Positions 9,756-19,001 of a stretch of DNA of 64,000 nucleotides are shown here, piece after piece (the first letter of the stretch is position 1; every line of letters starts with the position of its first letter). The notes beneath the pieces are model-generated. The model searched no databases. It saw nothing but the letters and a program-made list of their open reading frames with translations, and was not told the DNA's origin. The DNA is from Sulfurimonadaceae bacterium (GTDB lineage Bacteria; Campylobacterota; Campylobacteria; Campylobacterales; Sulfurimonadaceae), in the NCBI GenBank assembly GCA_041562555.1, contig JBFEXS010000001.1:6378-70377 (forward strand), read 5' to 3'. The position numbers were made by a program, and so were the translations under genes.

Positions 9756-9856
9756 TGGTTTCTATGAAGCGGATGTTGATAATCATTACGCTCGCAGGCT
9801 CCTGTCATCAACCCCATAATAACCAAAGCGACTGCTAGGATAACTTTATTCATCAT
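9752..9856 (-). CDS. Unlisted 34-aa lipoprotein-like small ORF
   Basis: Hand translation gives MMNKVILAVALVIMGLMTGACERNDYQHPLHRNQ*. Its ATG overlaps the ppk2 TGA (ATGA). The N-terminus is signal-peptide-like and ends in Cys. The stop lies inside the terminator hairpin. Confidence 0.45.
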   Translation of the reverse strand: MMNKVILAVALVIMGLMTGACERNDYQHPLHRNQ

Positions 9857-10791
9857 TTATCTTCCTTTAATTGTTTCTTTTTTTCTGCTGCTTGATGCAT
9901 TAGTTTTAATTCATCGCAACCATGGATAAGTATATCGTCATCTACGTCAAGTTCTAAAGGCTCTGTTTTGTTAGGATAGTCGACTTGTTGCAAGATATAT
10001 TTGATGGCATTGATCCTCGCTTCTTTTTTATTATTTGAGCGTATGATGATCCAAGGTGCGTGTGCTGTGTCTGTCTCCTCGAGCATCTTTAGTTTTGCCT
10101 TGGTGTATTCTTCCCATAACCCTTGTGCCTGCTCATCGACGGGTGAAATTTTATATTGTTTCAAGGGGTCGTTCTTACGCTCATCAAAACGACGTGCCTG
10201 CTCTTTTTTACCTACCGAGAAATAGAACTTGATAAGGATTGTTCCTGAATTTATCTGCATCTTCTCAAATGCCGGGACTTCCTGTAAAAACTCGTCCCGT
10301 TGCGCTGGGGTACAAAAGTTCATGACAGGTTCGACCATGGCCCGGTTATACCATGATCTGTCAAAAAGCACGATCTCACCCGCTGATGGCAGGTGTTGTA
10401 CATATCTCTGGAAATACCATTGGGACTTTTCAACATCCGAGGGTTGCGACAGGGCGACTATTCTTGCACCGCGGGGATTGAGGTGTTCCGTAATACGTTT
10501 GATAGTCCCGCCTTTTCCTGCAGCGTCTCTTCCTTCAAATAGGATGAGTAGTTTAAGACCTTGGTCTTTGATATGGTTCTGAAGCTTTAGCAGTTCGATT
10601 TGCAGAGTCTTTAGCTCTTTTTCATAAGCGAGTGTCTCTTTCTTTATCCATACTGCAACACGGTTCTTTTTGATCCGCTTCTCTTTTTTGCCTTTTCGTC
10701 CGGACGTACTTCGGCGTTCTGTGTGGGTATTGTATTCGATGGCTTCTTTACTGGTAAAATCATCATCGATCATATCATGTTCGCGGCTCAT
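9853..10791 (-). CDS. ppk2: Polyphosphate kinase 2
   Basis: Walker-A region 'LFEGRDAAGKGGTIKRI' and 'FDRSWYNR' are typical of PPK2. There is a basic N-terminal extension. Confidence 0.88.
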   Translation of the reverse strand: MSREHDMIDDDFTSKEAIEYNTHTERRSTSGRKGKKEKRIKKNRVAVWIKKETLAYEKELKTLQIELLKLQNHIKDQGLKLLILFEGRDAAGKGGTIKRITEHLNPRGARIVALSQPSDVEKSQWYFQRYVQHLPSAGEIVLFDRSWYNRAMVEPVMNFCTPAQRDEFLQEVPAFEKMQINSGTILIKFYFSVGKKEQARRFDERKNDPLKQYKISPVDEQAQGLWEEYTKAKLKMLEETDTAHAPWIIIRSNNKKEARINAIKYILQQVDYPNKTEPLELDVDDDILIHGCDELKLMHQAAEKKKQLKEDK

Positions 10792-11046
10792 AGGTACTAC
10801 TTTTTTTGATTTCTTATTTTAGGGTAGTCTAAAGCGGCTTAAACCTGTGTAAAAATTGTTTTACTCCTGTTTTCCCTGGTTAAACACCCCTTGCAACTTA
10901 ATGATATAGATTAATCGTATAAATTCACATACATTACACAAGAGTGGGTTATAATCTAAGACTTAATATGATTTAAATGTATGGCATATATTTAAATAGA
11001 GTTAATTCTTTATTGGATAGAATATCGTTTTTATAAGGAACTTACT

Positions 11047-12840
11047 ATGAGATTTTTAATACTGTTTTTTAGTTTACTGGTTGCCACACACTCTTCTTTA
11101 TCAGCACAGAATAGTTTTTTGAGTTTGGAAGATGCATTTATCTTGAGTGCAAAAGTGGAAAAAAATAGTGTGAAGGTTGAGTTTGCCTTAGCGGATGATA
11201 TTTATGTGTATCAAGAACAGGTTTCCGTGGAGCTTGCGAAGAGTGATGATGTAGCACTGGGTGATTACGTACTTCCAGCCGGGCATGAACATGATGGAGA
11301 ATCGGTCTATTTTAATGGACAGGTCATCAATATTCCTTTAGTGAAGTCAACAGATGCTACCGGATTACGTGCGATCACGCTGAGTGTCAACTATCAGGGC
11401 TGTTCTGAAAAGGGACTGTGCTACGAGCCGAGTACGGAAGTCTTCAATCTGGAAATCGATCTTTCAGATTTGTCATCCGCAGGTGGGAAAAGTTCACAGG
11501 ATATTACGCAGAAAAGTTCTGTAAGCCAAGATGAAACGGTCTTAGAAGACGATGACCCGATTACGGCACTTCTTTCCGGCGGTAATGTTTTGTATATCAT
11601 CGGCGGTTTCTTTCTCTTTGGTCTCTTGTTATCCCTGACTCCCTGTGTCTTTCCTATGGTGCCTATCTTGTCAAGTGTTATTGTCTCTCACGGTTCGGAA
11701 GTGACCACAAAAAAAGCTTTTCTGCTTTCTATGGTTTATGTTCAGGCTATGGCGATCACATATACGATTGCAGGAATCGTTGCAGGCCTTTCTGGAGCCG
11801 GAGTTCAAGCAGCATTTCAGACCCCATGGGTGATTGCTGTCTTTGCGGGAGTATTCGTTTTACTGGCATTATCGATGTTTGGTCTTTTTGAGATCCAGAT
11901 GCCGCAATCCCTTCAGTCCTATTTGAACCGTAAGTCGGAAGGAAGTGGAAAAGGGTATACCTCCATCGCCATCATGGGATTGTTGTCAGCCCTGATTGTC
12001 GGGCCTTGTGTTGCCGCACCACTGGCAGCAGCTCTGGGTTTCATCTCTCAGACAGGAGATGCATTTTTAGGCGGGATCGCCTTGTATGCACTCTCCATGG
12101 GTATGGGGGTTCCTCTCTTGATCGTTGGTACCGGTGCCGGTAGGTTTATGCCAAAGCCTGGTCCATGGATGGATGCTGTCAAGACGATCTTTGGTGTATT
12201 GATGCTGGCGGTTGCGATCTGGATGTTAAGCCGCATACTTGATGCAAGTGTGACGATGTTCTTATGGTCGGCTCTTGTGATGTTTGTCTCAGTGAGTATA
12301 GGTGCTTTCGAACCGAAAGGAGAGACCTATTGCAACCCATGTTATGCAGCGACCAAGAGTCTCGGTCTTCTCTCTTTTTTAATGGCAGTCTTTTTATTGA
12401 TCGGTGCAATCACAGGGGCAGCGAACCTTCTTAACCCTCTGGAAAAACTTATGCCTTCGACCTCTGTAGTACAGTCAACTGCAGCAGCAAAGCAAGAAAA
12501 CAGTTTCACTAAGGTGCACTCCATAGCAGAACTTGAAGCGCAGATAGCCAAAGCCAAGGGGAAAAAGATCATGCTTGATTTTTATGCGGATTGGTGTACC
12601 TCATGCAAGGAACTGGAACATATGACTTTTTCGGATGCCAGGGTCAAGGAGGCGTGGAAGGATTATTTCCTTATCCAGGCTGATGTGACTGAAAATACAG
12701 AGGATGAAAAAGCTTTGAGTAAAAAGTTCGGTCTTTTTGGACCTCCTGCACTTATCTTTTACGATGAGAATGGCAAAGAGATCAAATCCAAACGTACGAT
12801 AGGCTTTATTCCTGCAGACGAACTGTTAGGTAAGCTATAA
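11047..12840 (+). CDS. dsbD: Thiol:disulfide interchange protein DsbD
   Basis: Signal peptide and N-terminal domain, membrane-core cysteines 'TPCVFPMVPIL' and 'GPCVAAPL', and a C-terminal thioredoxin 'ADWCTSCKE'. Confidence 0.9.
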   Translation: MRFLILFFSLLVATHSSLSAQNSFLSLEDAFILSAKVEKNSVKVEFALADDIYVYQEQVSVELAKSDDVALGDYVLPAGHEHDGESVYFNGQVINIPLVKSTDATGLRAITLSVNYQGCSEKGLCYEPSTEVFNLEIDLSDLSSAGGKSSQDITQKSSVSQDETVLEDDDPITALLSGGNVLYIIGGFFLFGLLLSLTPCVFPMVPILSSVIVSHGSEVTTKKAFLLSMVYVQAMAITYTIAGIVAGLSGAGVQAAFQTPWVIAVFAGVFVLLALSMFGLFEIQMPQSLQSYLNRKSEGSGKGYTSIAIMGLLSALIVGPCVAAPLAAALGFISQTGDAFLGGIALYALSMGMGVPLLIVGTGAGRFMPKPGPWMDAVKTIFGVLMLAVAIWMLSRILDASVTMFLWSALVMFVSVSIGAFEPKGETYCNPCYAATKSLGLLSFLMAVFLLIGAITGAANLLNPLEKLMPSTSVVQSTAAAKQENSFTKVHSIAELEAQIAKAKGKKIMLDFYADWCTSCKELEHMTFSDARVKEAWKDYFLIQADVTENTEDEKALSKKFGLFGPPALIFYDENGKEIKSKRTIGFIPADELLGKL

Positions 12841-12843
12841 GAT

Positions 12844-13260
12844 ATGAAACTGGTTTCTCTTGTATTGGCTCTTGGTCTAAGTGTCTCTTCACTTGTGGCT
12901 GAGCCCAATTGGTCTCACTCATATGTAGAGGTAAAAAGCATTGCACAAAAAGAAAGCAAAGCTATCATGATTATGATCTCAAAAGAGGGGTGTGACGCCT
13001 GCTGGTATATGGAGAATATCGTCTTTGAAGATACAAAATTAAAAGCACTGGTTATGAATAGTTTTATCCCACTCTATTTGGACGTTAACAATGATGAAAT
13101 CCCTTCTGAGCTGCATTATATAGGGACACCCACCTTTTATTTCATGACGGCCAAGGGAGAAAAAATAGGACATCGTATCAATGGTGCCAGTAATGTGAAA
13201 GATTTCACTCAAAAAGTAGAAGGGATTTTAGAAACAATCAAAGAAAATACGAAGCCTTAA
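12844..13260 (+). CDS. Periplasmic thioredoxin-fold protein
   Basis: Signal peptide and CxxC 'EGCDACWY'. 138 aa, starting 4 nt after dsbD. Confidence 0.7.
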   Translation: MKLVSLVLALGLSVSSLVAEPNWSHSYVEVKSIAQKESKAIMIMISKEGCDACWYMENIVFEDTKLKALVMNSFIPLYLDVNNDEIPSELHYIGTPTFYFMTAKGEKIGHRINGASNVKDFTQKVEGILETIKENTKP

Positions 13261-13658
13261 CTTCCGCCATCTCCCCAGCTCTCATACTCCATATCATATT
13301 GTTCCTCATTGGCGTCTTCTTTGTATGCCGAGAGGTAGGTGGTTAACAGACTTATCTCTTCATCGCTAAGTTTTTCGGCGAAGGGTATCATGATCTGGGC
13401 TGTTTGATTCATAAAACCTATCTTTCCCCGATAAAATTTCAGCTTTTCGACTAGGAGGTATTTTGGTTTGTTCATCAAAAGTGGATATTCATGCATTCCC
13501 TCTCCATGGATACCATGGCATCCATTACACCCCTTCTGGGCATAGAGTATTTCACCTTGTTTATAGTCACTTACTTCTGCAAACAGATGAGATGAAAATA
13601 TAAACATCAGAAATATGGGTTGAAACAGGGACATGTATACTCGCTTTTCCTTTGTCAT
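13257..13658 (-). CDS. Monohaem c-type cytochrome
   Basis: Signal peptide and a single haem-binding motif 'CNGCHG'. Its stop overlaps the convergent thioredoxin-like gene. Confidence 0.8.
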   Translation of the reverse strand: MTKEKRVYMSLFQPIFLMFIFSSHLFAEVSDYKQGEILYAQKGCNGCHGIHGEGMHEYPLLMNKPKYLLVEKLKFYRGKIGFMNQTAQIMIPFAEKLSDEEISLLTTYLSAYKEDANEEQYDMEYESWGDGGS

Positions 13659-13708
13659 CTTAAAGACTTTTTTGTTAGAATTATATCACTATATGACGAG
13701 GAAGATAC

Positions 13709-14917
13709 ATGATCATCAAGAATGCAGTTTTATGTGATGCAAATATGCACAAACGTGCTGATATAGAGATCATCGATGGTAAGATATCGAAAATTGCAGA
13801 AAACCTTTCCGGTTCCGATGTCCTGGACGCTGAAGGGGCTTATCTTCTTCCTGGACTTGTTGATTTGGGTGTATCATTAAAAGATAGGCAACTCAATGCC
13901 AAACGTTTGAAAGAGTTGTCCCAATCGGCTGTCAAGGGTGGTGTGACAAGTGTCGTATTGGACCCGAACAGTGAACCGGCGATTAATAATGAGATCGTAC
14001 TTGAGTTTGTGTTGGAACGTAAGCCTGAAGGAGCCAAGATACAATCATCCATCTGTGCTACAAAGGAAGACGCGAGTTTAAGTAATATCGCGATCCTTTT
14101 GAAACAGGGTGCAGTGGCTCCTTCGTTGGACAGTTCTGTAGACAGTAATCTCATCCGTCGCGTCTTTGAATATATGAAGATGTATGATGGGACCGTTTTT
14201 TGTTCAGCCAAGGATAAAGCGCTGAATGGAAACGGTGTGATTTTTGAAGGGAGTGTTTCTACCCGTTTGGGCTTACCTGGAATTTCTGTACTGGGTGAGA
14301 TTATTCATGTAAGCAAGATGATAGAGATAGCGCGGTATTTTGATGTACAAGTGCTTTTTAAAGGACTGTTCACACGTCGATCCATTGAAATGATCACGGC
14401 AGCTAAAAAAGAAGGCCTGAAAGTTTTTTCCGAGATTTCTATCCATCATCTTTCTCTTGATCATAATGCCTGTGACGGTTTTAACACCTATGCGAAGATC
14501 TTTCCGCCGCTATCTGATGAAAAAGGTAAAGAGAGTCTCAAAGAGTCTTTGAAAAATGGTGAGATCGATGTATTGACCTCCTTGCACACACCTCAGTCCA
14601 AGGTGAATAAGGAGGTCGCATTTTATGATGCGGCTTATGGTACGGAGGCAATAGAAGAGATCCTTCCGCTCTATTATACAAAACTGGTCAATACAGGTCT
14701 GATCTCTTTGAGTGAACTCAGTAGGATGGTGTCGTTGACACCTGCGCGTATGATCCGTAAACAGGCAGGGTCTTTAGAAGTAGGGCAAGATGCGGATTTG
14801 GTCCTGTTTGATTCAGGAGCACAGACTCAGGTATCCAATCCAAAGAGTCTGTATAAGGGTGAAACACTCCAAGGGAAAGTACTTGCTGTCTTTGTTGAAG
14901 GAGAGCAGAGGCTTTAA
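13709..14917 (+). CDS. Dihydroorotase-like amidohydrolase, probably the non-catalytic PyrC' type
   Basis: DHOase-like fold throughout, but the N-terminal metal motif D-x-H-x-H is 'VDLGVSL' with no histidines. Confidence 0.7.
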   Translation: MIIKNAVLCDANMHKRADIEIIDGKISKIAENLSGSDVLDAEGAYLLPGLVDLGVSLKDRQLNAKRLKELSQSAVKGGVTSVVLDPNSEPAINNEIVLEFVLERKPEGAKIQSSICATKEDASLSNIAILLKQGAVAPSLDSSVDSNLIRRVFEYMKMYDGTVFCSAKDKALNGNGVIFEGSVSTRLGLPGISVLGEIIHVSKMIEIARYFDVQVLFKGLFTRRSIEMITAAKKEGLKVFSEISIHHLSLDHNACDGFNTYAKIFPPLSDEKGKESLKESLKNGEIDVLTSLHTPQSKVNKEVAFYDAAYGTEAIEEILPLYYTKLVNTGLISLSELSRMVSLTPARMIRKQAGSLEVGQDADLVLFDSGAQTQVSNPKSLYKGETLQGKVLAVFVEGEQRL

Positions 14918-14920
14918 GGT

Positions 14921-15601
14921 CTAATCCTCTTGGGGGAAGAGGATAGAACCCAGTCTTAACATATTTGAGCCACATTTTATCGCAAGCTCAAAATCTCCGC
15001 TCATTCCCATCGAGCAGATCTCTGCAGTATCAATAGTTTCATAGATCTTATGGGTTGTCTCAAAACTTTCCTGGACTAGTTTCGGGTCCTGAGAATGGGC
15101 TCCAATACTCATGACACCACGCAGGTCTATATTTGGACAGCTCTCTTGGATCTGTGCATAAACATCTTTGGCCTCTTCGGGAGAAACACCACTTTTTGTC
15201 TCTTCACGGGCAGAATTGATCTGTAAGAGACACTCCATAGTACTTTGTTTGACCTCAAGACGTTGTTGAAGTGCCTGGGCAAGTTCAAGTGAATCCAGGG
15301 ATTGAAAGAGGAAAGGGTTGGCATCAATCAGATGATTGATTTTGTTTTTTTGCAAGTTGCCGATAAAATGCCATTCCAATGGAAGCTCATCAAGAATCTG
15401 TGATTTTGAGACGAGGTCTTGAACCTTGTTCTCACCAAATGCACGTTGTCCAATCTGATAGAGACGCTCTATTGCTTCAGGTGTCGAGTATTTACTTACT
15501 GCAACGATTTTGACAATATGGTGTTCACTTACAGAGATCCGTGCGTCTTCAATACGTTGGATGACCTTATCCATGTGTATTTTGTATTCTATTTCATTCA
15601 T
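14921..15601 (-). CDS. yggS: YggS-family PLP homeostasis protein
   Basis: PLP-lysine context 'VAVSKY' and 'MSIGAHS...MGMSGDFELAI'. 226 aa. Confidence 0.85.
   Translation of the reverse strand: MNEIEYKIHMDKVIQRIEDARISVSEHHIVKIVAVSKYSTPEAIERLYQIGQRAFGENKVQDLVSKSQILDELPLEWHFIGNLQKNKINHLIDANPFLFQSLDSLELAQALQQRLEVKQSTMECLLQINSAREETKSGVSPEEAKDVYAQIQESCPNIDLRGVMSIGAHSQDPKLVQESFETTHKIYETIDTAEICSMGMSGDFELAIKCGSNMLRLGSILFPQED
14924..14944. terminator. Hairpin at the convergent pyrC-like / yggS junction
   Basis: ATCCTCTT-GGGGG-AAGAGGAT (8-bp stem) lies in the last codons of yggS, 7 nt after the pyrC-like stop. No T-run follows. Confidence 0.3.
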
Positions 15602-15604
15602 TAT

Positions 15605-16651
15605 CTATCCTACCAATCTATTAACATCATTATATAAGCCTAGGAACATGACTCCGATCAAGATGACCCATCCACCTATCGTCAACTTTATTAACATCTC
15701 TTCTGTCGGTGGACGGCGAAAGAGCATCTCGTACAGATTGAACATGATATGTCCCCCATCCAAGGCAGGTATAGGAAGCAGGTTGAGTACACCCAGGTTA
15801 ACTGAAATCAGTGCTGCAAAAAAAAGGACCGCCATCCAGCCCTGAGAGCTTGCATCTGCGGTAACTTTGACAATACTGATAACGCCACCGAGTTCTTTTG
15901 CCGGGACGGCTCCGGAGATGAGACGTTCAAGACCGCCAAAGATGATCCCTGATGCCCATATGGTCTTATCCCAGGCATATGCGAAGGCATTCTCGACTGC
16001 CAGTTCTTTTGCATCACCGGAGGCAGATATACCTATCATACGTTTCTGGACGGTCTCATTAAAATCGTTCTTTGCTTCACGCATGTGTGGTGTGATAGTG
16101 AAGGTTTGGACATAGGCACCCCGTTCGACTTCAATGTTGATATCACCTTCAGATTGGGAGATAAGCTTTGCCATCTCATTCCATGTTGTAATTGCTTGAC
16201 CATTTATATTGATGACCTTGTCTTTGGCTTGTAAACCTGCCATTTGTGCAGGAGAGTCCTGGATGACTTCACCCACGACTGGCAATAAGACCTTTGGCCC
16301 GCCGATAGCAATAGCCAAAAAGAGGAAGAATGCGAGTAGAAAATTGGCAAATGGGCCTGCAAGGAGTATGATAATGCGTTGCCATGGTTTTTTGACATTA
16401 TAAGAGTCATCATCTTGACTGCGTGCGGTGGGGTCAAGATCTTCTTGACCTTTCATCTGTACATATCCGCCAAGGGGTATCATGGCAATGCGCCATTCGG
16501 TTCCCTTATAATTGAAAGAAGCAATTTTTTTACCAAAGCCGATACTAAAGACCTTGACATAGACTCCCATCAGTTTGGCTGCGAGGAAATGTCCTAACTC
16601 ATGAAAAAAGATGAGCGCTGAAAGCACCACAAGAGAGATAAACCAGCCCAT
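15605..16651 (-). CDS. rseP: RIP (site-2) zinc metalloprotease RseP
   Basis: 'FFHELGHFLAAK' (HExxH), a PDZ-like middle region and a C-terminal 'NLLPIPALDGG'. The start is placed at the ATG overlapping the pgsA stop (TAATG). Confidence 0.88.
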   Translation of the reverse strand: MGWFISLVVLSALIFFHELGHFLAAKLMGVYVKVFSIGFGKKIASFNYKGTEWRIAMIPLGGYVQMKGQEDLDPTARSQDDDSYNVKKPWQRIIILLAGPFANFLLAFFLFLAIAIGGPKVLLPVVGEVIQDSPAQMAGLQAKDKVININGQAITTWNEMAKLISQSEGDINIEVERGAYVQTFTITPHMREAKNDFNETVQKRMIGISASGDAKELAVENAFAYAWDKTIWASGIIFGGLERLISGAVPAKELGGVISIVKVTADASSQGWMAVLFFAALISVNLGVLNLLPIPALDGGHIMFNLYEMLFRRPPTEEMLIKLTIGGWVILIGVMFLGLYNDVNRLVG

Positions 16652-17241
16652 TATTTTCCTTTCAGTGCTTTGGCAAAGCCCAAGAGGTATTCGGCTCCTG
16701 AATATACCGTCAAGAACACTGCCCACCAGAGCAGGGCGTCATCAAGGGCAAAACCGAGATAGGATTCTAAAGACCAGTGCATGATTAAAAAGCCAATGGC
16801 GATCATCTGTGCAACGGTCTTCACTTTTCCGGCAAAGGAGGCGCTCACGTCGATCCCCTCGGCAACGGCAACAGTTCGCAAGCCTGTGATAAAGAGTTCG
16901 CGGACGATGATGATATAGATAGCCCATGGATTGGCATCACCGGTCATCATCAATGCCAAGAAAGCCCCGATAGTGAGCATCTTGTCTGCCAGAGGATCAA
17001 TGATCTTTCCTAAAAGGGTGGTCTGGTCCAGCATACGTGCGATGTATCCGTCAAAGAAGTCTGTTGTACTGGCGAGAACAAATAGCAGTGCTGCAAGGTA
17101 ATATACCCACGTGATATGAACACCCTGATCGGTGAAATATTCAGGGCTAAGAATTACCCAGAACATCAATGGTGCCATGAGAATACGAATAAAGGCTAAG
17201 ATGTTTGGCGTGTTAAAGATCTGGTTTTTAGTTTGTGACAT
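16651..17241 (-). CDS. pgsA: CDP-diacylglycerol--glycerol-3-phosphate 3-phosphatidyltransferase
   Basis: CDP-alcohol phosphotransferase motif 'TDFFDGYIARMLDQTTLLGKIIDPLADK'. Confidence 0.88.
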   Translation of the reverse strand: MSQTKNQIFNTPNILAFIRILMAPLMFWVILSPEYFTDQGVHITWVYYLAALLFVLASTTDFFDGYIARMLDQTTLLGKIIDPLADKMLTIGAFLALMMTGDANPWAIYIIIVRELFITGLRTVAVAEGIDVSASFAGKVKTVAQMIAIGFLIMHWSLESYLGFALDDALLWWAVFLTVYSGAEYLLGFAKALKGK

Positions 17242-17305
17242 GGTTAAACTTTATAGATAAATTACGATTTATAAAATGGTCTGAGACGATTTTACAAAGG
17301 GTAAT

Positions 17306-17331
17306 GACAAAGCACGACAGGGTGCTTCGTC
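17306..17331 (-). terminator. Hairpin after the enoyl-reductase-like gene
   Basis: On the minus strand: GACGAAGCAC-CCTGTC-GTGCTTTGTC (10-bp stem with one G:U), 7 nt after the stop. Confidence 0.45.
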
Positions 17332-17337
17332 TAGGGT

Positions 17338-18108
17338 TTATTGAAATGTTGTTCCACCGTCGACAACGATAGTCTGGCCTGTCATCCAGCTAGACTCATC
17401 ACCACACAAGAACAGACATGCACCTGTAAGGTCTTCTGCTTCACCCATACGAGAGAGTGGAGAACGTTTGACGACTTCAGCTTTAACTTCTTCATAATTT
17501 GGGAAGGCCTTAAGGGCATCTGTGTCAATTGGTCCGCCTGAGACTGCATTTACACGGATGTTTTTATCCCCAAGTTCAGCAGCCGCATATTTAACCATAG
17601 TCTCAACAGCAGCCTTGTTCGTACCGTGTCCCGAGTAGTTTGGAGTGTAGACAAGATTTCCTGTAGAACTCATTGAGATGATAGAACCGCCGTTACCGCC
17701 TGCTTCCATACGCTTTGCAGCTTCTTGTGCCCCCACGACAAAAGCGGATACGGTTGCTGTATAGATATTGGTAAGCCCTTTTGGCTTAAGACGCATAAAT
17801 GGAGCAAATCCACCGACTACGGCACGTCCTGAAATAATAGCATTTGAGATAAAGAAGTCTAATGAAGAGAAGTCCTCGTCAAAGGCTTTGAATACATCCT
17901 TATAGGTCTCAGGTGCGAGGATGTCAAGTTGATATGCTCTTGCTTTAACACCGAACTTTGATTCAACATCTGCAATGATTTCATTCGCGGTATCTGCGGA
18001 AGAAGCATAGGTAAAAGCCACATTACACCCTTTTTGTGCGAAGGCATAAACGATTGCCTTACCAATTCCACGTGTTCCACCACTTACAAATAGAGTTTTT
18101 CCTTGCAT
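17338..18108 (-). CDS. SDR-family enoyl-[ACP] reductase-like protein (FabL-like)
   Basis: 'VSGGTRGIGKAI' dinucleotide motif. The catalytic spacing is Y-x6-K ('YSGHGTNK'), as in enoyl reductases, rather than the classical YxxxK. Confidence 0.6.
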   Translation of the reverse strand: MQGKTLFVSGGTRGIGKAIVYAFAQKGCNVAFTYASSADTANEIIADVESKFGVKARAYQLDILAPETYKDVFKAFDEDFSSLDFFISNAIISGRAVVGGFAPFMRLKPKGLTNIYTATVSAFVVGAQEAAKRMEAGGNGGSIISMSSTGNLVYTPNYSGHGTNKAAVETMVKYAAAELGDKNIRVNAVSGGPIDTDALKAFPNYEEVKAEVVKRSPLSRMGEAEDLTGACLFLCGDESSWMTGQTIVVDGGTTFQ

Positions 18109-19001
18109 TATAATCCTTTTATTTCGTAGTTTTTCATAACATCTTCTATCTTCTTCATATTATCACTGCTTGGAGCAAGAAGAGGTAAACGATATTCAAG
18201 TGTTTCAATCAGACCTGCCATATACATCGCTGCTTTCACCGGCATCGGGTTGGCTTCACAGAACATGACGCTATTGATAGGATACAGTTTGTCATTCAGT
18301 GCTTTGGATGCTTTGAAGTCACCCTCAAGAGCAAAATGGACCATCTGTGACTTCAGATCAGGCAGTAGGTTTGATGTGACTGAGGTCGATCCCATACCTC
18401 CATTTGCCAAGATAGGATAATCGATAGCATCATCTCCCGAAAGTACAGCTAAGTCAGGACGGCGAGAAAGAAGCTCAACGGTGCGTTCTAATGAGCCTGT
18501 CGCCTCTTTGATGCCATAGATGTTTTGACAATCATCAAAAAGACGGATTGTCGTGTCTGCTGAGATATCTACCATGGTACGTCCAGGTACATTGTACAGC
18601 ATTACACCTAGATCCGGCACGGCATCGGCAATAGCCTTATAGTGCTGATAGAGTCCTTCCTGGGAAGGTTTGTTGTAGTAAGGACTAACGGAGAAGATAG
18701 CATCGACACCGCACTTTTGCGCATGCACTGCAAGAGAGATCGCTTCGGCTGTGGCATTTGAGCCCGATCCTGCCAGTACTTTGGTAGAGGAGCCTTTACA
18801 GACTTCGACGGCGATTTCAATACAGCGTTTATGCTCATCATGCGTGAGTGTAGCACTTTCTCCTGTCGTACCTACAGGACAGACCGCGTCCATGCCATTT
18901 TTGATCTGGCGTCGGATAAGTGCAGCGTAGGATTGCTCATCTAGCGTTCCATTTTTAAATGGGGTGATTAGAGCAGTCGTGGCTCCGGTTACTTTAGTCA
19001 T
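18108..19001 (-). CDS. dapA: 4-hydroxy-tetrahydrodipicolinate synthase
   Basis: 'GTTGESATLTHDEH' and Schiff-base lysine context 'IYGIKEATG'. 297 aa. Confidence 0.92.
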   Translation of the reverse strand: MTKVTGATTALITPFKNGTLDEQSYAALIRRQIKNGMDAVCPVGTTGESATLTHDEHKRCIEIAVEVCKGSSTKVLAGSGSNATAEAISLAVHAQKCGVDAIFSVSPYYNKPSQEGLYQHYKAIADAVPDLGVMLYNVPGRTMVDISADTTIRLFDDCQNIYGIKEATGSLERTVELLSRRPDLAVLSGDDAIDYPILANGGMGSTSVTSNLLPDLKSQMVHFALEGDFKASKALNDKLYPINSVMFCEANPMPVKAAMYMAGLIETLEYRLPLLAPSSDNMKKIEDVMKNYEIKGL

